Notes: generated by a model not told the origin, from the letters alone. Counted from the stretch's first letter, positions 1 through 11,185 are shown. The stretch is DNA of 64,000 nt from Alphaproteobacteria bacterium (GCA_965279355.1 OZ257155.1:3881048-3945047), one strand, 5' to 3'. Numbers and translations are program-made.

Positions 1-277
1 GGATCGCGATCCGCTCCGCCAGCGTCTCGCACAGATCGACGTGACCCTCTGCGACGATGCGTCGTATCCCCGTAACAACCGTGTCGTAGCGTAGGATTCG
101 CTCGCGGCGGCCGGACTTGCCGTCCGGGCCGAGCAGCGGTCCCGGTTTGACCGCCACCAGTTCGACATTGATGCGGATCCGCTGCTCCATCGTCTTCTCG
201 CGCTTCCACACCCCGATGCGGGCCGCGAGCACGAGGTCGCGAATAAGGACGCGGTAGACGGTTGGGTTACTCGACAT
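1..277 (-). CDS. folB: Dihydroneopterin aldolase (FolB), 3' end truncated by window start
   Basis: The minus-strand ATG at 277 follows the SDR gene with an 11-bp overlap. The translation MSSNPTVYRVLIRDLVLAARIGVWKREK...HVDLCETLAERIAI is typical of FolB. The gene is cut by the window edge. Confidence 0.6.
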   Translation of the reverse strand, partial: MSSNPTVYRVLIRDLVLAARIGVWKREKTMEQRIRINVELVAVKPGPLLGPDGKSGRRERILRYDTVVTGIRRIVAEGHVDLCETLAERIAI

Positions 278-1046
278 CGGACGGCCTCAGGATCGGGGAT
301 GCCCAGTTGAGATGCTGGCCGCCGTCGAGCGCGATCATCTGGCCTGTCATGGATTGCGCCTCAAGGATGTAACGGAGCGTGGCCGCAATCTCATCGAGGC
401 TCGGGCTGCGCTGTAGCGGGACTGAGGACACCTGGCGGGCGAATTGTGCGTCGGTTTGCCTCGGGCTCGGCAGCACCGGGCCGGGACCGATCGCATTGAC
501 ACGGATGCGTGGCGCGAAGGCCATCGCCAGCGTCTGGGTCAGCGTCCACAATCCTGTCTTGCTCAAGGTGTAGGACACGAAATGCGGAGTGAGGCTCCAC
601 ACCCGCTCATCCACCATGTTGACGATGCAGCCGCTGCGATCCTTCGGCAGCGCCTTGGCCAGTGCCTGGGACAGCACGAAGGGCGCGCGCAGATTGATAT
701 TGAGATGGGCGTCCCAGCTCTCGCGGGTGACGCTCAGCGCTTCATCGCGCTCGAACAGTGAGGCATTGTTCACCAGCACGCCGAGCGGTCCAAATGTCGC
801 AACCGATTGTTCGAACAAGGCCTCCACATCCGCCTCGACACCGAGATCGGCGCGAAGCGCGATTGCTTTTCCTCCGGCCTTCGCGATTTCACTCGCAACG
901 GCTTCAGCATCGGCCCGTGAGGTGCCGTAATGAACGGTGACGGCGAAGCCGAGGCGACCGAGTTCCAGCGCCATCGCACGCCCGAGGCGTTTGCCGGCGC
1001 CGGTCACCAGTGCGGTACGGGGCAGTGTGTCGAGAAGTCCAGCCAT
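267..1046 (-). CDS. Short-chain dehydrogenase/reductase, pteridine reductase/FolM-like
   Basis: The ORF 267..1475 is trimmed to the internal start MAGLLDT at 1046. It has a Rossmann motif TGAGKRLG and an SDR catalytic region. It lies next to folB. Confidence 0.65.
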   Translation of the reverse strand: MAGLLDTLPRTALVTGAGKRLGRAMALELGRLGFAVTVHYGTSRADAEAVASEIAKAGGKAIALRADLGVEADVEALFEQSVATFGPLGVLVNNASLFERDEALSVTRESWDAHLNINLRAPFVLSQALAKALPKDRSGCIVNMVDERVWSLTPHFVSYTLSKTGLWTLTQTLAMAFAPRIRVNAIGPGPVLPSPRQTDAQFARQVSSVPLQRSPSLDEIAATLRYILEAQSMTGQMIALDGGQHLNWASPILRPSDVE

Positions 1047-1078
1047 GGCAGGTATCCTGTGCGGCGGCGCGATCCGGT

Positions 1079-2269
1079 TCAAGCGTTTCCGCGCCTGATT
1101 GAGACGAGCAGCCAGATGCCGACCGCTGCCGTCATCGTGGCGACGGTCATGAAGCCGAGTGCATAGCTGCCGGTGACGGCGAGAATCAGGCCAAAAAGTG
1201 CCGGGATCGTCATGACACCGAGAAAAGTGCAAAACGCCGTGCCGCCGGTCGCTTCGCTGATTCGCCCATCGGGGACGTTCCGAGCCACCTGTGCCAGATA
1301 GAGCCCGTTCCATGCGATCGACGTGCCGCCGAACGCGATGCTGACAAACAGAATCAGGACAATCGGCCAGGCGGGGGTGAGTGCCGCCGTGATGACCGCG
1401 CAGGCGGCCATGGCAATGCCCAGCCAGCCCAGGAGTTTCACAGCACCGACAAAGCGATCCGCGATGCCGGCCCACACAAGACGGCCGATCGCACCGGCGA
1501 TCTGGCCGACGGTAAAGATGAAGCCGGCGGTCACCACGCTCATCCCCAGATCATCGTGTAGATAGGCGACCATGAAGGCTGAGAACGAATTTTGCATGCC
1601 GGCATAGACGAACGACATGGTGGAAAGGCGACGAAGAATCGGCACGCTCATGATGAAGCGCAGCGGCGCCAGCAATTGGAGGGACGCGAGAAAAGAACGA
1701 CTGGAATCTCGCCCAGTGTCGTACTGGCGGCAGAGTGGCTGGAGTGCAGCTGCGCAGGCAAAGCACATGACGGCGCCGACCAGCGTTGCGTTTCCCCAGC
1801 TTAGGGCGATCGCGATGGTCGGCATGATCAGTCCGGCAAGGCCCGCACCCAGCGGCACGCCTGTCTGCTTGGCCGAGAAGACGAAATTCATCTGCGACGG
1901 TGCGGCAAGCCGCGCCAGAATCTGCGATGACGCCGGCGTCATCGGCCCGGTGCCGATCCCGATAAAAATTGCGCCGGCAAGGACGGCGATAGAGGTTTCA
2001 AGCCAGGTAAAGGCGAGTCCAAGCGCGACGGCGACCAGACCTATCTGCGAGGTTCGTATCGGGCCGTATTTCGCGACCAAACTGCCGCCCATGAGGCCGG
2101 AGATCGCGGCGCAGCTCCACATCAGCGCGACATAGCCGCCGATGAGGTCGGCGCCGACACCGAGGTCGATAATGGCAAGCGGCGCCAGCACTGGACCGGT
2201 GTTGCCGGCCATCGAGACCAGCATCTGCGCGGCCAGCGTCGCGATGAGCGCTATGGTGAGTGGACTCAC
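1079..2269 (-). CDS. MFS transporter
   Basis: A 396-aa polytopic hydrophobic protein with the 12-TMS MFS pattern. Confidence 0.7.
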   Translation of the reverse strand: MSPLTIALIATLAAQMLVSMAGNTGPVLAPLAIIDLGVGADLIGGYVALMWSCAAISGLMGGSLVAKYGPIRTSQIGLVAVALGLAFTWLETSIAVLAGAIFIGIGTGPMTPASSQILARLAAPSQMNFVFSAKQTGVPLGAGLAGLIMPTIAIALSWGNATLVGAVMCFACAAALQPLCRQYDTGRDSSRSFLASLQLLAPLRFIMSVPILRRLSTMSFVYAGMQNSFSAFMVAYLHDDLGMSVVTAGFIFTVGQIAGAIGRLVWAGIADRFVGAVKLLGWLGIAMAACAVITAALTPAWPIVLILFVSIAFGGTSIAWNGLYLAQVARNVPDGRISEATGGTAFCTFLGVMTIPALFGLILAVTGSYALGFMTVATMTAAVGIWLLVSIRRGNA

Positions 2270-2292
2270 GGAACGATGATGTGTCTGCCGGC

Positions 2293-4512
2293 CTAACGGC
2301 GGTTGGGAGACCGGCGCGCCCGGCCGGAACGGGAGTTTGCCGCGCCCTGGGTCGAGCGACCCTTGGCGCGTTTGGCGGGCTCGGCATCGTAACCGGCCTG
2401 CGGCTTTTCTTCAAAGCCGAGCGCGCCGCCTTCGGGCTTCATTTCGAGCTCGTAGGCTTCAAGGCGGCGGATCTCGTCACGCAGGCGCGCGGCTTCCTCG
2501 AATTCGAGATTGCCGGCGGCGTCCTTCATCTTGGTTTCGAGCTTGTCGATGGTGGCGCGCAGATTGTGCCCGATCAGGTTGCCCATGCCGGCATCGCCGG
2601 TCGAGACGGTGACATGATCGCGCTCGTAAACGCTACCTAGGATGTCGCCAATCTGCTTGCGGATCGATTCCGGCGTGATGCCGTGCTCGGCGTTGTATGC
2701 CCGCTGTCTGTCGCGCCGCCGATTGGTCTCGGCGATGGCATAGTTGAGCGAGTCCGTCATCCGGTCGGCATAGAGCAGCACGCGACCGTCGATGTTGCGC
2801 GCGGCACGGCCGATGGTCTGGATCAGCGAGGTGCGGGAGCGCAGGAAGCCTTCCTTGTCCGCATCCAGGATCGCGACCAGCGCGCATTCCGGAATATCGA
2901 GGCCCTCGCGCAGCAGGTTGATACCCACCAGGATATCGAAGGCGCCCAGACGCAGGTCGCGGATGATCTCGATACGCTCCAGCGTCTCGACGTCCGAGTG
3001 GATGTAGCGGACCCGCAGGCCCGCCTCGTGCATGTACTCGGTAAGGTCTTCGGCCATGCGCTTGGTCAAGACCGTGACCAGGGCGCGTTGTCCGTTGGCG
3101 GCGACGGTCTTGCACTCGGCCAGCAGATCGTCGACCTGCTTGTCGGTCGGGCGAATGATGCAGACCGGATCGATCAGCCCGGTGGGGCGGATGACCTGTT
3201 CGACGAAGGCGCCGCCGGTGCGCTCCATTTCCCACGGGCCCGGCGTCGCCGAGACATAAACCGTCTGGGGCCGCATTGAGTCCCATTCCTCGAACTTGAG
3301 CGGGCGATTGTCGATGCAGGACGGCAGGCGGAAGCCGTATTCCGACAGCGTGAATTTGCGGACGTAGTCGCCTTTGAACATGCCGCCGATCTGCGGCACC
3401 GTGACGTGGCTTTCGTCGACGAACAGCATGGCGTTCTTGGGCAGATACTCGAACAGGGTCGGCGGCGGCTGTCCGGCCGCGCGGCCCGTTAGATAGCGTG
3501 AATAGTTTTCGATGCCGGGGCACGAGCCCGTGGCGGCCATCATCTCGATGTCGAACATGGTGCGCTGCTCGATCCGTTGCGCCTCGATCAGCTTGTTCTG
3601 GGTCCGGAATTCGGCAAGCCGCTCCTTGAGCTCGACCTTGATCTTGGTGATTGCCTGATCCAGCGTCGGCTGCGGTGTCACGTAGTGGCTGTTGGCGTAG
3701 AGCCGGATGGTGTTGAGCTCTGTTTTCTTCTCGCCCGTAAGCGGGTCGAATTCCCAGATGCCCTCGATCTCGTCGCCGAACATCGAGATGCGCCACGCGC
3801 GGTCTTCGTAGTGCGCGGGAAACACTTCAATGGAATCGCCCTTTACCCGGAACATGCCGCGCACGAAGTTGAGCTCGTTGCGCTTGTACTGCAGGTCGAC
3901 CAGGCCCTTGATCAGCGTATTGCGATTGAGGTCCTGCCCCTTTGTGACATCGAGCGTCATCGTCGAGTAGGATTCGACCGACCCGATACCGTAGATGCAC
4001 GACACCGAGGCAACGATGATCACGTCGGGCCGCTCCAGCAGCGCGCGTGTCGCCGAATGGCGCATGCGGTCGATCTGCTCGTTTCGCGACGAATCCTTCT
4101 CGATATAGGTGTCGCTACGCGGGACGTAGGCTTCGGGCTGGTAGTAATCGTAATACGAGACGAAATATTCGACGGCGTTATCCGGAAAGAAGGATTTCAT
4201 CTCGCCGTAAAGCTGGGCCGCGAGGGTCTTGTTCGGCGCCAGGACCAGAGCCGGCCGCTGCACGTTCTGGATGACATGCGCGATGGTGAAGGTCTTGCCG
4301 GAGCCGGTGACGCCGAGCAGTACCTGATCGCGTTCGTTGTTGCGGGCAGCCGCGGTCAGGTCGGCGATGGCCTGTGGCTGGTCGCCGGCGGGCGTGTACG
4401 ACGAAACGATCTTGAAGGGCCGGGCACCCGCGTTCGTCTCGTCCGCGAGCGGCGGGCGGGCGGGGTTGATCGTATGATCGGGAAGCGGGCGGGAAAGCTG
4501 TGGGGTGTTCAC
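2293..4512 (-). CDS. uvrB: Excinuclease ABC subunit B (UvrB) with a basic, low-complexity C-terminal extension
   Basis: It has a helicase Walker A GSGKT, the [18 protein letters not shown]-terminus typical of UvrB, and a UvrB/UvrC interaction helix [14 protein letters not shown]. It has a GTG start. Confidence 0.9.
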   Translation of the reverse strand: MNTPQLSRPLPDHTINPARPPLADETNAGARPFKIVSSYTPAGDQPQAIADLTAAARNNERDQVLLGVTGSGKTFTIAHVIQNVQRPALVLAPNKTLAAQLYGEMKSFFPDNAVEYFVSYYDYYQPEAYVPRSDTYIEKDSSRNEQIDRMRHSATRALLERPDVIIVASVSCIYGIGSVESYSTMTLDVTKGQDLNRNTLIKGLVDLQYKRNELNFVRGMFRVKGDSIEVFPAHYEDRAWRISMFGDEIEGIWEFDPLTGEKKTELNTIRLYANSHYVTPQPTLDQAITKIKVELKERLAEFRTQNKLIEAQRIEQRTMFDIEMMAATGSCPGIENYSRYLTGRAAGQPPPTLFEYLPKNAMLFVDESHVTVPQIGGMFKGDYVRKFTLSEYGFRLPSCIDNRPLKFEEWDSMRPQTVYVSATPGPWEMERTGGAFVEQVIRPTGLIDPVCIIRPTDKQVDDLLAECKTVAANGQRALVTVLTKRMAEDLTEYMHEAGLRVRYIHSDVETLERIEIIRDLRLGAFDILVGINLLREGLDIPECALVAILDADKEGFLRSRTSLIQTIGRAARNIDGRVLLYADRMTDSLNYAIAETNRRRDRQRAYNAEHGITPESIRKQIGDILGSVYERDHVTVSTGDAGMGNLIGHNLRATIDKLETKMKDAAGNLEFEEAARLRDEIRRLEAYELEMKPEGGALGFEEKPQAGYDAEPAKRAKGRSTQGAANSRSGRARRSPNRR

Positions 4513-4556
4513 ACGCGATTATATGCGCATGCGGGTGGTCCGGCGCTAGCCCGCGC

Positions 4557-4871
4557 TCAGCACTCCTGACCTTTTTCAATGCACTTCAGGTTGCCGTTGC
4601 AGTTGCGGATATCCTTGGGCGGCGTGCAGTTCCGGACATCGAGCGTGGTCTGGAACAGGCGCCCGTTCAGGTTCGCGCAAAAGCACATCAGGGTAACGCC
4701 CCCCGAAATCTGGCACTGGCAGGATTGTTGATAAGACCCTTTGGGGATGTTGCCGACGGCTTGAGCAAGGAGCCGGCTGCGAAGTGCGCCGGGCTCGTCC
4801 GCCGTGACTGCGGTCGTTGAAAGGCCGAGGGCCAGAAGCCCGATCGCTGCCAGAAATACACGCGCTTTCAT
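4557..4871 (-). CDS. Small secreted cysteine-rich hypothetical protein (signal peptide plus about 10 Cys)
   Basis: The ORF is trimmed to MKARVFLAAIGLLALGLSTTAVTADE, a signal peptide. The mature part has QSCQCQ, MCFCAN, RNCTPP and RNCNGNLKC motifs. An upstream GGTGGTGGG is a plausible ribosome-binding site. Confidence 0.5.
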   Translation of the reverse strand: MKARVFLAAIGLLALGLSTTAVTADEPGALRSRLLAQAVGNIPKGSYQQSCQCQISGGVTLMCFCANLNGRLFQTTLDVRNCTPPKDIRNCNGNLKCIEKGQEC

Positions 4872-5104
4872 CCCACCACCGCCCTGGTTACCCCGTTTAC
4901 GGGGGTAGGATACCGGCGGCCCCTGCCTCTCACAAGCCAAGGCGTGGTCAACTTGCCGCTATCGGGCTTAAGGCCTTCCAAGGAGGCAATCCGGGCGGCC
5001 GAAGTTGTGGCGCTCGGCAACCGGCAAATGGCGGAATTACGCAAGAACTCGCCCCTTTCGGCGTCGGGTCAAGCGGGGTTGCATCGCGGCGCGGCGGAGA
5101 CTAG

Positions 5105-6346
<1,242 letters not shown>

Positions 6347-6377
6347 GCGCTGCCTCGCCCGAGCGAGCGTAACCCGC

Positions 6378-7304
6378 ATGCGCATCGTGGTGATGGGCGC
6401 CGGCGGGGTCGGCGGCTATTTTGGTGCCCGCCTTGCCGCGTCTGGTGAGGATGTGCGGTTTGTCGCCCGCGGCGCACATCTCGATGCGATGCGCCGCGAC
6501 GGATTGAAGATCGACAGCAAGCTCGGCGATCTCGTTCTGAAGCCGGATCGCACCTCTGCCGATCCCGCCGATCTCGGTCCTGCCGATCTCGTCGTGATCG
6601 CGGTCAAGCTCGGCGACACCGATTCCGCTATCGACGCTGTTCGTCCGCTGATGCGCGACGAAACGTCGGTGGTTTCGTTTCAGAACGGGGTGGGTGCGAT
6701 CGACGCGCTGACCCGGGCATTTGGCGCAGCGCCGGTGATCGGCGGTGTCGCCCAGATCGCGGCGGAGATCGCGGGTCCCGGCCATATCCGTCATACGGGC
6801 ACACTGGCGCGGCTGGTGGTTGGCGAGCCGAAGGGCGGCAGCAGCGCGCGCGTTGAGGCGCTGGCCGCGGTGGCGAAGAAAGCCGGCATCGATGCGATTG
6901 CTTCCGACGACATCACCAAGGCGATCTGGGAAAAGTTTGTCTTTCTGGCGTCATTCAGCGGCGTCACGACCCTGGCCCGTCGCCCCAAGGGCGTGATCCT
7001 GTCCGACCCCGACCTGCGCCAGCTTTATGCGGATGCGCTGGCAGAGGCGGTGGCCGTGGCACGCGGGCGCGGCGCCGCGCTGCCGGTCGAACATGCGGAG
7101 CGCGCGCTGAAATTCACCGACGGCCTGCCGGCGGAAATGAAATCGTCGATGTTCGGAGATCTGGAGCGGGGGAACCGGCTGGAAGTCGAATACCTGTCCG
7201 GCGCGGTGGCACGGCTGGGTGCCGAAGTCGGCGTGAAAACGCCTGTGCATCAGGCGATCTATGCCGCTCTCAAGCCTTACATAGGAGGCCGCCCGGCGGC
7301 CTGA
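6378..7304 (+). CDS. panE: 2-dehydropantoate 2-reductase (ketopantoate reductase, PanE/ApbA family)
   Basis: It has an N-terminal GAGGVGG Rossmann motif and is 308 aa long, both typical of the family. Confidence 0.75.
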   Translation: MRIVVMGAGGVGGYFGARLAASGEDVRFVARGAHLDAMRRDGLKIDSKLGDLVLKPDRTSADPADLGPADLVVIAVKLGDTDSAIDAVRPLMRDETSVVSFQNGVGAIDALTRAFGAAPVIGGVAQIAAEIAGPGHIRHTGTLARLVVGEPKGGSSARVEALAAVAKKAGIDAIASDDITKAIWEKFVFLASFSGVTTLARRPKGVILSDPDLRQLYADALAEAVAVARGRGAALPVEHAERALKFTDGLPAEMKSSMFGDLERGNRLEVEYLSGAVARLGAEVGVKTPVHQAIYAALKPYIGGRPAA

Positions 7305-7309
7305 TCCCG

Positions 7310-9001
7310 ATGTTCCTCAACGAAATCGACCGTCTGCTCCGTGCGCATGACTCCCGCTGGCGGTCGGGCATGGCGACGGTGTTCAGCCTTGCGACACTGC
7401 AGAGCATTACCGTCGTCCTGCGGCCGCTACCAATCCGGGCGCTGATCGAGCCGGCCGCGGCGACTGGTCTGTTTGCGATCTTCGAGAGCATGGCCAGCGG
7501 CAGCATCGAACGTGTGTGGCTCTACGTCATGCTGATCGTCGGTCTCGAAGTGGCGATCCTCGGTCTGCGCTATACCGCCGAGGTGCGGACGGCCTCGCTC
7601 ACCGAGCGTGTCATCCGCTCCATCCGTGGGCACATTGCCGAAAATCTTCTGCGCGGCGACTATCGCGCCGTCAGTGCCGCAGGCCCGGGTGCGGTGATCG
7701 CGGCAGCGTCGGGCGATGTTGAGTCGGTTCAGCGACTGCTGCGCGAGGCGCTGGTCCATGCCGGGGTCGCGGCCCTGCAATTGCTGCTGATGCTGGTCAT
7801 CATCTTCTTCGTCGAGGTGTGGCTGTTCTGGATCCTGGTCGTCGAGATCATCGCGCTGACGATCGCCGTTTTCGTCTACGCCAACTGGCGGAAGCATCGC
7901 TACATCGCCAAGATGAAGCTCGACGAACGCCTGCTCGGCCTGCTCGCGATCCTGCAGCAGAAGAATCTCGACGCGCGGTTCGGCGGTTTGGGCTCGGTGT
8001 TCCTGTCGCGGGCAACCTCGCTCGCCCGCCAACTCTTCGGCACCAACATGACATTGTGGCGCCGCAGCGGCATCTATTACAGCTCCATCGAGTTTACCAT
8101 CGGTGTCTCCGCGGCGCTGTGCCTGGTGCTGCTGTTCGTCACCAACGACAGCGGCCAGCCGCCGATCGGCAAGTTCCTGGTCTTCACGTACTACGCGGTC
8201 CTGATCTTTCCGTGTCTGCAGCAGATCGGCGAGGCGTGGCCGATGATCAACGACGCGCGCGCGGCGCTGGCGCGCATCGGCGCCAATACGGCACATCAGC
8301 ACGGGCATGGCCCGACCGAGCCGCAAATTCCGGAAGGCTTCGGCGATATCGTGTTCGAAGAGGCCACGGTGCTCGGCGATCGCGGCGAGCGGCTTCTCGA
8401 CAGGGCATCGTTCGTGCTGCGTCCCGGCGAAAAAGTTGGACTGTTTGGCGACAGCGGCTCCGGCAAGACCACAATCCTGTTGCTGCTGCTTGGAATCAAT
8501 CGTCTCAGCAGCGGTCGGATCACGGTTGGCGGGCGGGAGTTGAGCGCGCTGAAGCTCTCGGATCGGAAGCGCTTTTTCTACTATGCGCGCGCCTACCCGG
8601 CGTTCTTTCCCGACACCGTCTACGACAACATCGTACTGCACAATCGGCCGGAGGATCGTGAATTTGCCGAGGCGCTGGATCGTGTGCGTTTCGGCGGTCG
8701 CCTCGCCGCCGAGCCTATGGGGGCCCGTACGATGGTCAGCGAAAAGGGCGAACCGTTCTCGGGCGGCGAGCAGCAGCGGATCGCGGTTGCCCGCGCGTTG
8801 ATGGCACCGCAGCCCTGCCTCATCTTCGACGAGGCGCTCAATTCGCTGGATGAAGACAGCGAGCTCGGCATCCTCCGCCGCATTACAGAGGATTTCCCGG
8901 AGAAGATGGTGATTGTCGTGTCGCACCGGGCGAGCGCTCGGCCGCTTTTCCCGTTCCGCATCGAGATGGTCAAGGGACAGGCAAAAGTCATACGTCCCTG
9001 A
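7310..9001 (+). CDS. Fused ABC transporter permease/ATP-binding protein (exporter type)
   Basis: The N-terminal half is a hydrophobic transmembrane domain. The C-terminal half is a nucleotide-binding domain with Walker A GDSGSGKTT, signature FSGGEQQR, Walker B LIFDEA and an H-loop VSHR. Confidence 0.75.
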   Translation: MFLNEIDRLLRAHDSRWRSGMATVFSLATLQSITVVLRPLPIRALIEPAAATGLFAIFESMASGSIERVWLYVMLIVGLEVAILGLRYTAEVRTASLTERVIRSIRGHIAENLLRGDYRAVSAAGPGAVIAAASGDVESVQRLLREALVHAGVAALQLLLMLVIIFFVEVWLFWILVVEIIALTIAVFVYANWRKHRYIAKMKLDERLLGLLAILQQKNLDARFGGLGSVFLSRATSLARQLFGTNMTLWRRSGIYYSSIEFTIGVSAALCLVLLFVTNDSGQPPIGKFLVFTYYAVLIFPCLQQIGEAWPMINDARAALARIGANTAHQHGHGPTEPQIPEGFGDIVFEEATVLGDRGERLLDRASFVLRPGEKVGLFGDSGSGKTTILLLLLGINRLSSGRITVGGRELSALKLSDRKRFFYYARAYPAFFPDTVYDNIVLHNRPEDREFAEALDRVRFGGRLAAEPMGARTMVSEKGEPFSGGEQQRIAVARALMAPQPCLIFDEALNSLDEDSELGILRRITEDFPEKMVIVVSHRASARPLFPFRIEMVKGQAKVIRP

Positions 9002-9112
9002 ACGATCGCGGATTCAACTTGCCAAGCGGCCCCGGCCGCGCAAACACTAGAGGCAATCAAGAGCCGACCCACGGCCACGCGAGTTATTCACGCGAAAAGA
9101 TGGGAGGGTTGC

Positions 9113-11185
9113 ATGGCTCATAAAGCCCAATCCACGCCACGTTGTGTGGCTCTGGTCGGACCTTATCTCTCCGGTAAGACGACGCTGCTCGAAAGCATTC
9201 TCGCCGCTACGGAAGCGATACCGCGCAAAGGCACGGTCAAAGACGGCAATACCGTCGGCGATGCCCTGCCGGCGGCGCGCGCGCGGCAGATGAGTGTCGA
9301 AGTGAACGTCGCTTCGACGACGTTCATGGGCGAGAAATGGACGTTCCTCGATTGCCCGGGTTCCATCGAATTCGCGCATGAGGCACGGGCCTGCCTGATG
9401 GCGGCCGATGCCGCTGTCGTGGTCTGCGAACCGACGCTCGAGCGGGCGATGACCTTGGCACCCTTGCTCAAATTCCTCGACGACCGCCAGATTCCGCACG
9501 TCCTGTTCCTCAACAAGATCGACAGCACCGAGCTTCGCGTGCGCGACGTGCTGGCGGCGCTGCAGGCGGTGTCCAATCGGCCGCTGGTCCTGCGCCAGGT
9601 GCCGATCCGCGAGGGCGAGCACGTCACCGGCTATGTCGATCTGATCAGCGAGCGCGCCTATCACTACAAACCGGGTCAGGCGTCCGATCTGATACCGATG
9701 CCGCAATCGATGGCCGAGCGGCAGAAGGAAGCGCGGCAGGGGTTGCTGGAGAAGCTGGCCGATTTCGACGATAGGCTGCTGGAGCAGCTTCTTGAAGACA
9801 CAGTGCCCTCGAAAGAGGACATCTACTCGCATCTCGCCAAGAATTTGGCCGCCGATCAGGTGGTGCCGGTCCTGATCGGTGCAGCCGCGACCGATGCCGG
9901 CATCCGCCGGCTGTTGAAGTCGCTGCGCCATGATGTGCCGGAACCGGCGCTGACCATGAAACGACTTGGCATTTCGGGTAGCGGTCCGGTGGCAACGATC
10001 TTCAAGACCCAGCATGCCGCGCATTCGGGCAAGGTTTCCATCGCGCGCCTCTGGCAGGGTACGCTGGCCGAAGGCGCGACCCTTTCCGACGGCAACACGT
10101 CGGTGAAGGTTGGCGGCTTCACGCGACTGACCGGCACGCAGGCGGTCAAACAGGCGAAGGCGGAAGCCGGGGACGTTGTCGGGCTGCTGCGCCTCGAAGG
10201 GGTGAACTCCGGCGCCGTGCTGTCGAGTGACGGCAAGGCGAAGGCCTCGTCCGGCAAGGATGCCATCGGCGCCTGGCCGGAACCGCCGCAGCCGATCTTT
10301 GCGCTGGCGGTCAATGCGGAAAAACGCGGCGACGACGTCAAACTCTCCGGCTCACTGCATCGTCTGGTCGAGGAAGATCCATCGTTGGTGGTCGAGCATA
10401 ACGCCGACACCAATGAGCTGCTGCTGTGGGGGCAGGGTGAAATCCATCTCGCCGTGTCGCTCGACCGGCTGCGCACCTCGTACAACCTGCCGGTGACCGG
10501 CCATCTGCCGAATGTGCCGTACAAGGAAACGATCCGTCGGCCGGTGACACAGCATGCCCGTCACAAACGCCAGAGCGGCGGTCACGGTCAGTTTGCCGAC
10601 GTGAAGGTGGAAATCCGGCCGCTGGCGCGTGGCAGCGGCTTCAAGTTCGAGGAAAAGATTGTCGGTGGCGCCATTCCGCGGAATTTCATTCCGGCGGTCG
10701 AGGATGGCATCCGCGACTATCTCAAGCGCGGTCCCCTGGGCTTCCAGGTGGTCGACGTGCAGGCAGTTCTGTTCGATGGGCAGTATCACGATGTCGACAG
10801 TTCGGATCAGGCCTTCATGACCGCCGGGGCGCTGGCCATGCGCGAGGGCATGCCCAAATGCGATCCGGTGCTGCTGGAGCCGATCTGCAAGGTCGGGATC
10901 ACTGTGCCCAACGAATTCACCTCGCGCGTTCAGCGCCTCGTCCAGACGCGCCGGGGGCACATCCTCGGCTACGATGCCAAGGCGGGCTGGCCGGGCTGGG
11001 ACGAGGTTGCAGCGATGCTGCCACAGGGGGAGATGCACGACCTGATCATCGAGCTGCGCTCCGCGACGCAGGGGGTGGGCACGTTCAGCTGGTCGTTCGA
11101 CCATCTTGCGGAATTTACCGGGCGGTTGGCCGACAAGGTGGCGGCGCGGATGCGGCCGGGCGAGGAGGCCAAAGTCGCCTCCTAG
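9113..11185 (+). CDS. Elongation factor G-like GTPase paralog (not the canonical fusA)
   Basis: A 690-aa protein with a GPYLSGKTT P-loop, an NKID G4 motif and EF-G domain II-V architecture. The G3 motif is DCPGS rather than DTPGH. RBS GGGAGGG. Confidence 0.8.
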   Translation: MAHKAQSTPRCVALVGPYLSGKTTLLESILAATEAIPRKGTVKDGNTVGDALPAARARQMSVEVNVASTTFMGEKWTFLDCPGSIEFAHEARACLMAADAAVVVCEPTLERAMTLAPLLKFLDDRQIPHVLFLNKIDSTELRVRDVLAALQAVSNRPLVLRQVPIREGEHVTGYVDLISERAYHYKPGQASDLIPMPQSMAERQKEARQGLLEKLADFDDRLLEQLLEDTVPSKEDIYSHLAKNLAADQVVPVLIGAAATDAGIRRLLKSLRHDVPEPALTMKRLGISGSGPVATIFKTQHAAHSGKVSIARLWQGTLAEGATLSDGNTSVKVGGFTRLTGTQAVKQAKAEAGDVVGLLRLEGVNSGAVLSSDGKAKASSGKDAIGAWPEPPQPIFALAVNAEKRGDDVKLSGSLHRLVEEDPSLVVEHNADTNELLLWGQGEIHLAVSLDRLRTSYNLPVTGHLPNVPYKETIRRPVTQHARHKRQSGGHGQFADVKVEIRPLARGSGFKFEEKIVGGAIPRNFIPAVEDGIRDYLKRGPLGFQVVDVQAVLFDGQYHDVDSSDQAFMTAGALAMREGMPKCDPVLLEPICKVGITVPNEFTSRVQRLVQTRRGHILGYDAKAGWPGWDEVAAMLPQGEMHDLIIELRSATQGVGTFSWSFDHLAEFTGRLADKVAARMRPGEEAKVAS

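Noticed and set aside
1047-1475. Long N-terminal extensions suggested by the ORF track for several genes (SDR 267..1475, NUDIX 36261..37442, acyl-CoA ligase 45957..48194, OYE 17612..18835, DUF465 61074..61535, Hsp20 62916..63410, Cys-rich 4557..4940).
   Set aside because: The extensions are Arg/Cys/His-rich nonsense overlapping upstream genes or intergenic DNA. Internal Met codons coincide with conserved family N-termini and often with an RBS or an ATGA stop-start overlap, so the starts were trimmed.
2633-3796. A 387-aa ORF on the same strand as uvrB but in another frame, plus many other 150-500-aa ORFs antisense to or frame-shifted within annotated genes (e.g. 7427..8926, 10352..11881, 14853..17033, 25011..26453, 26790..28397, 42776..43756, 58229..59680).
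   Set aside because: In a genome of about 65% GC, stop codons are rare in all frames. These ORFs lie entirely inside strongly supported genes, have Arg/Ala/Gly/Pro-rich compositions, and carry no recognisable motifs. I treat them as shadow ORFs.
4513-4556. An ATGCGCAT palindrome between the Cys-rich gene and uvrB, as a possible SOS (LexA) box for uvrB.
   Set aside because: It does not match the alphaproteobacterial LexA direct-repeat consensus GTTC-N7-GTTC. It is only 8 bp. There is no basis to call it a regulatory site.
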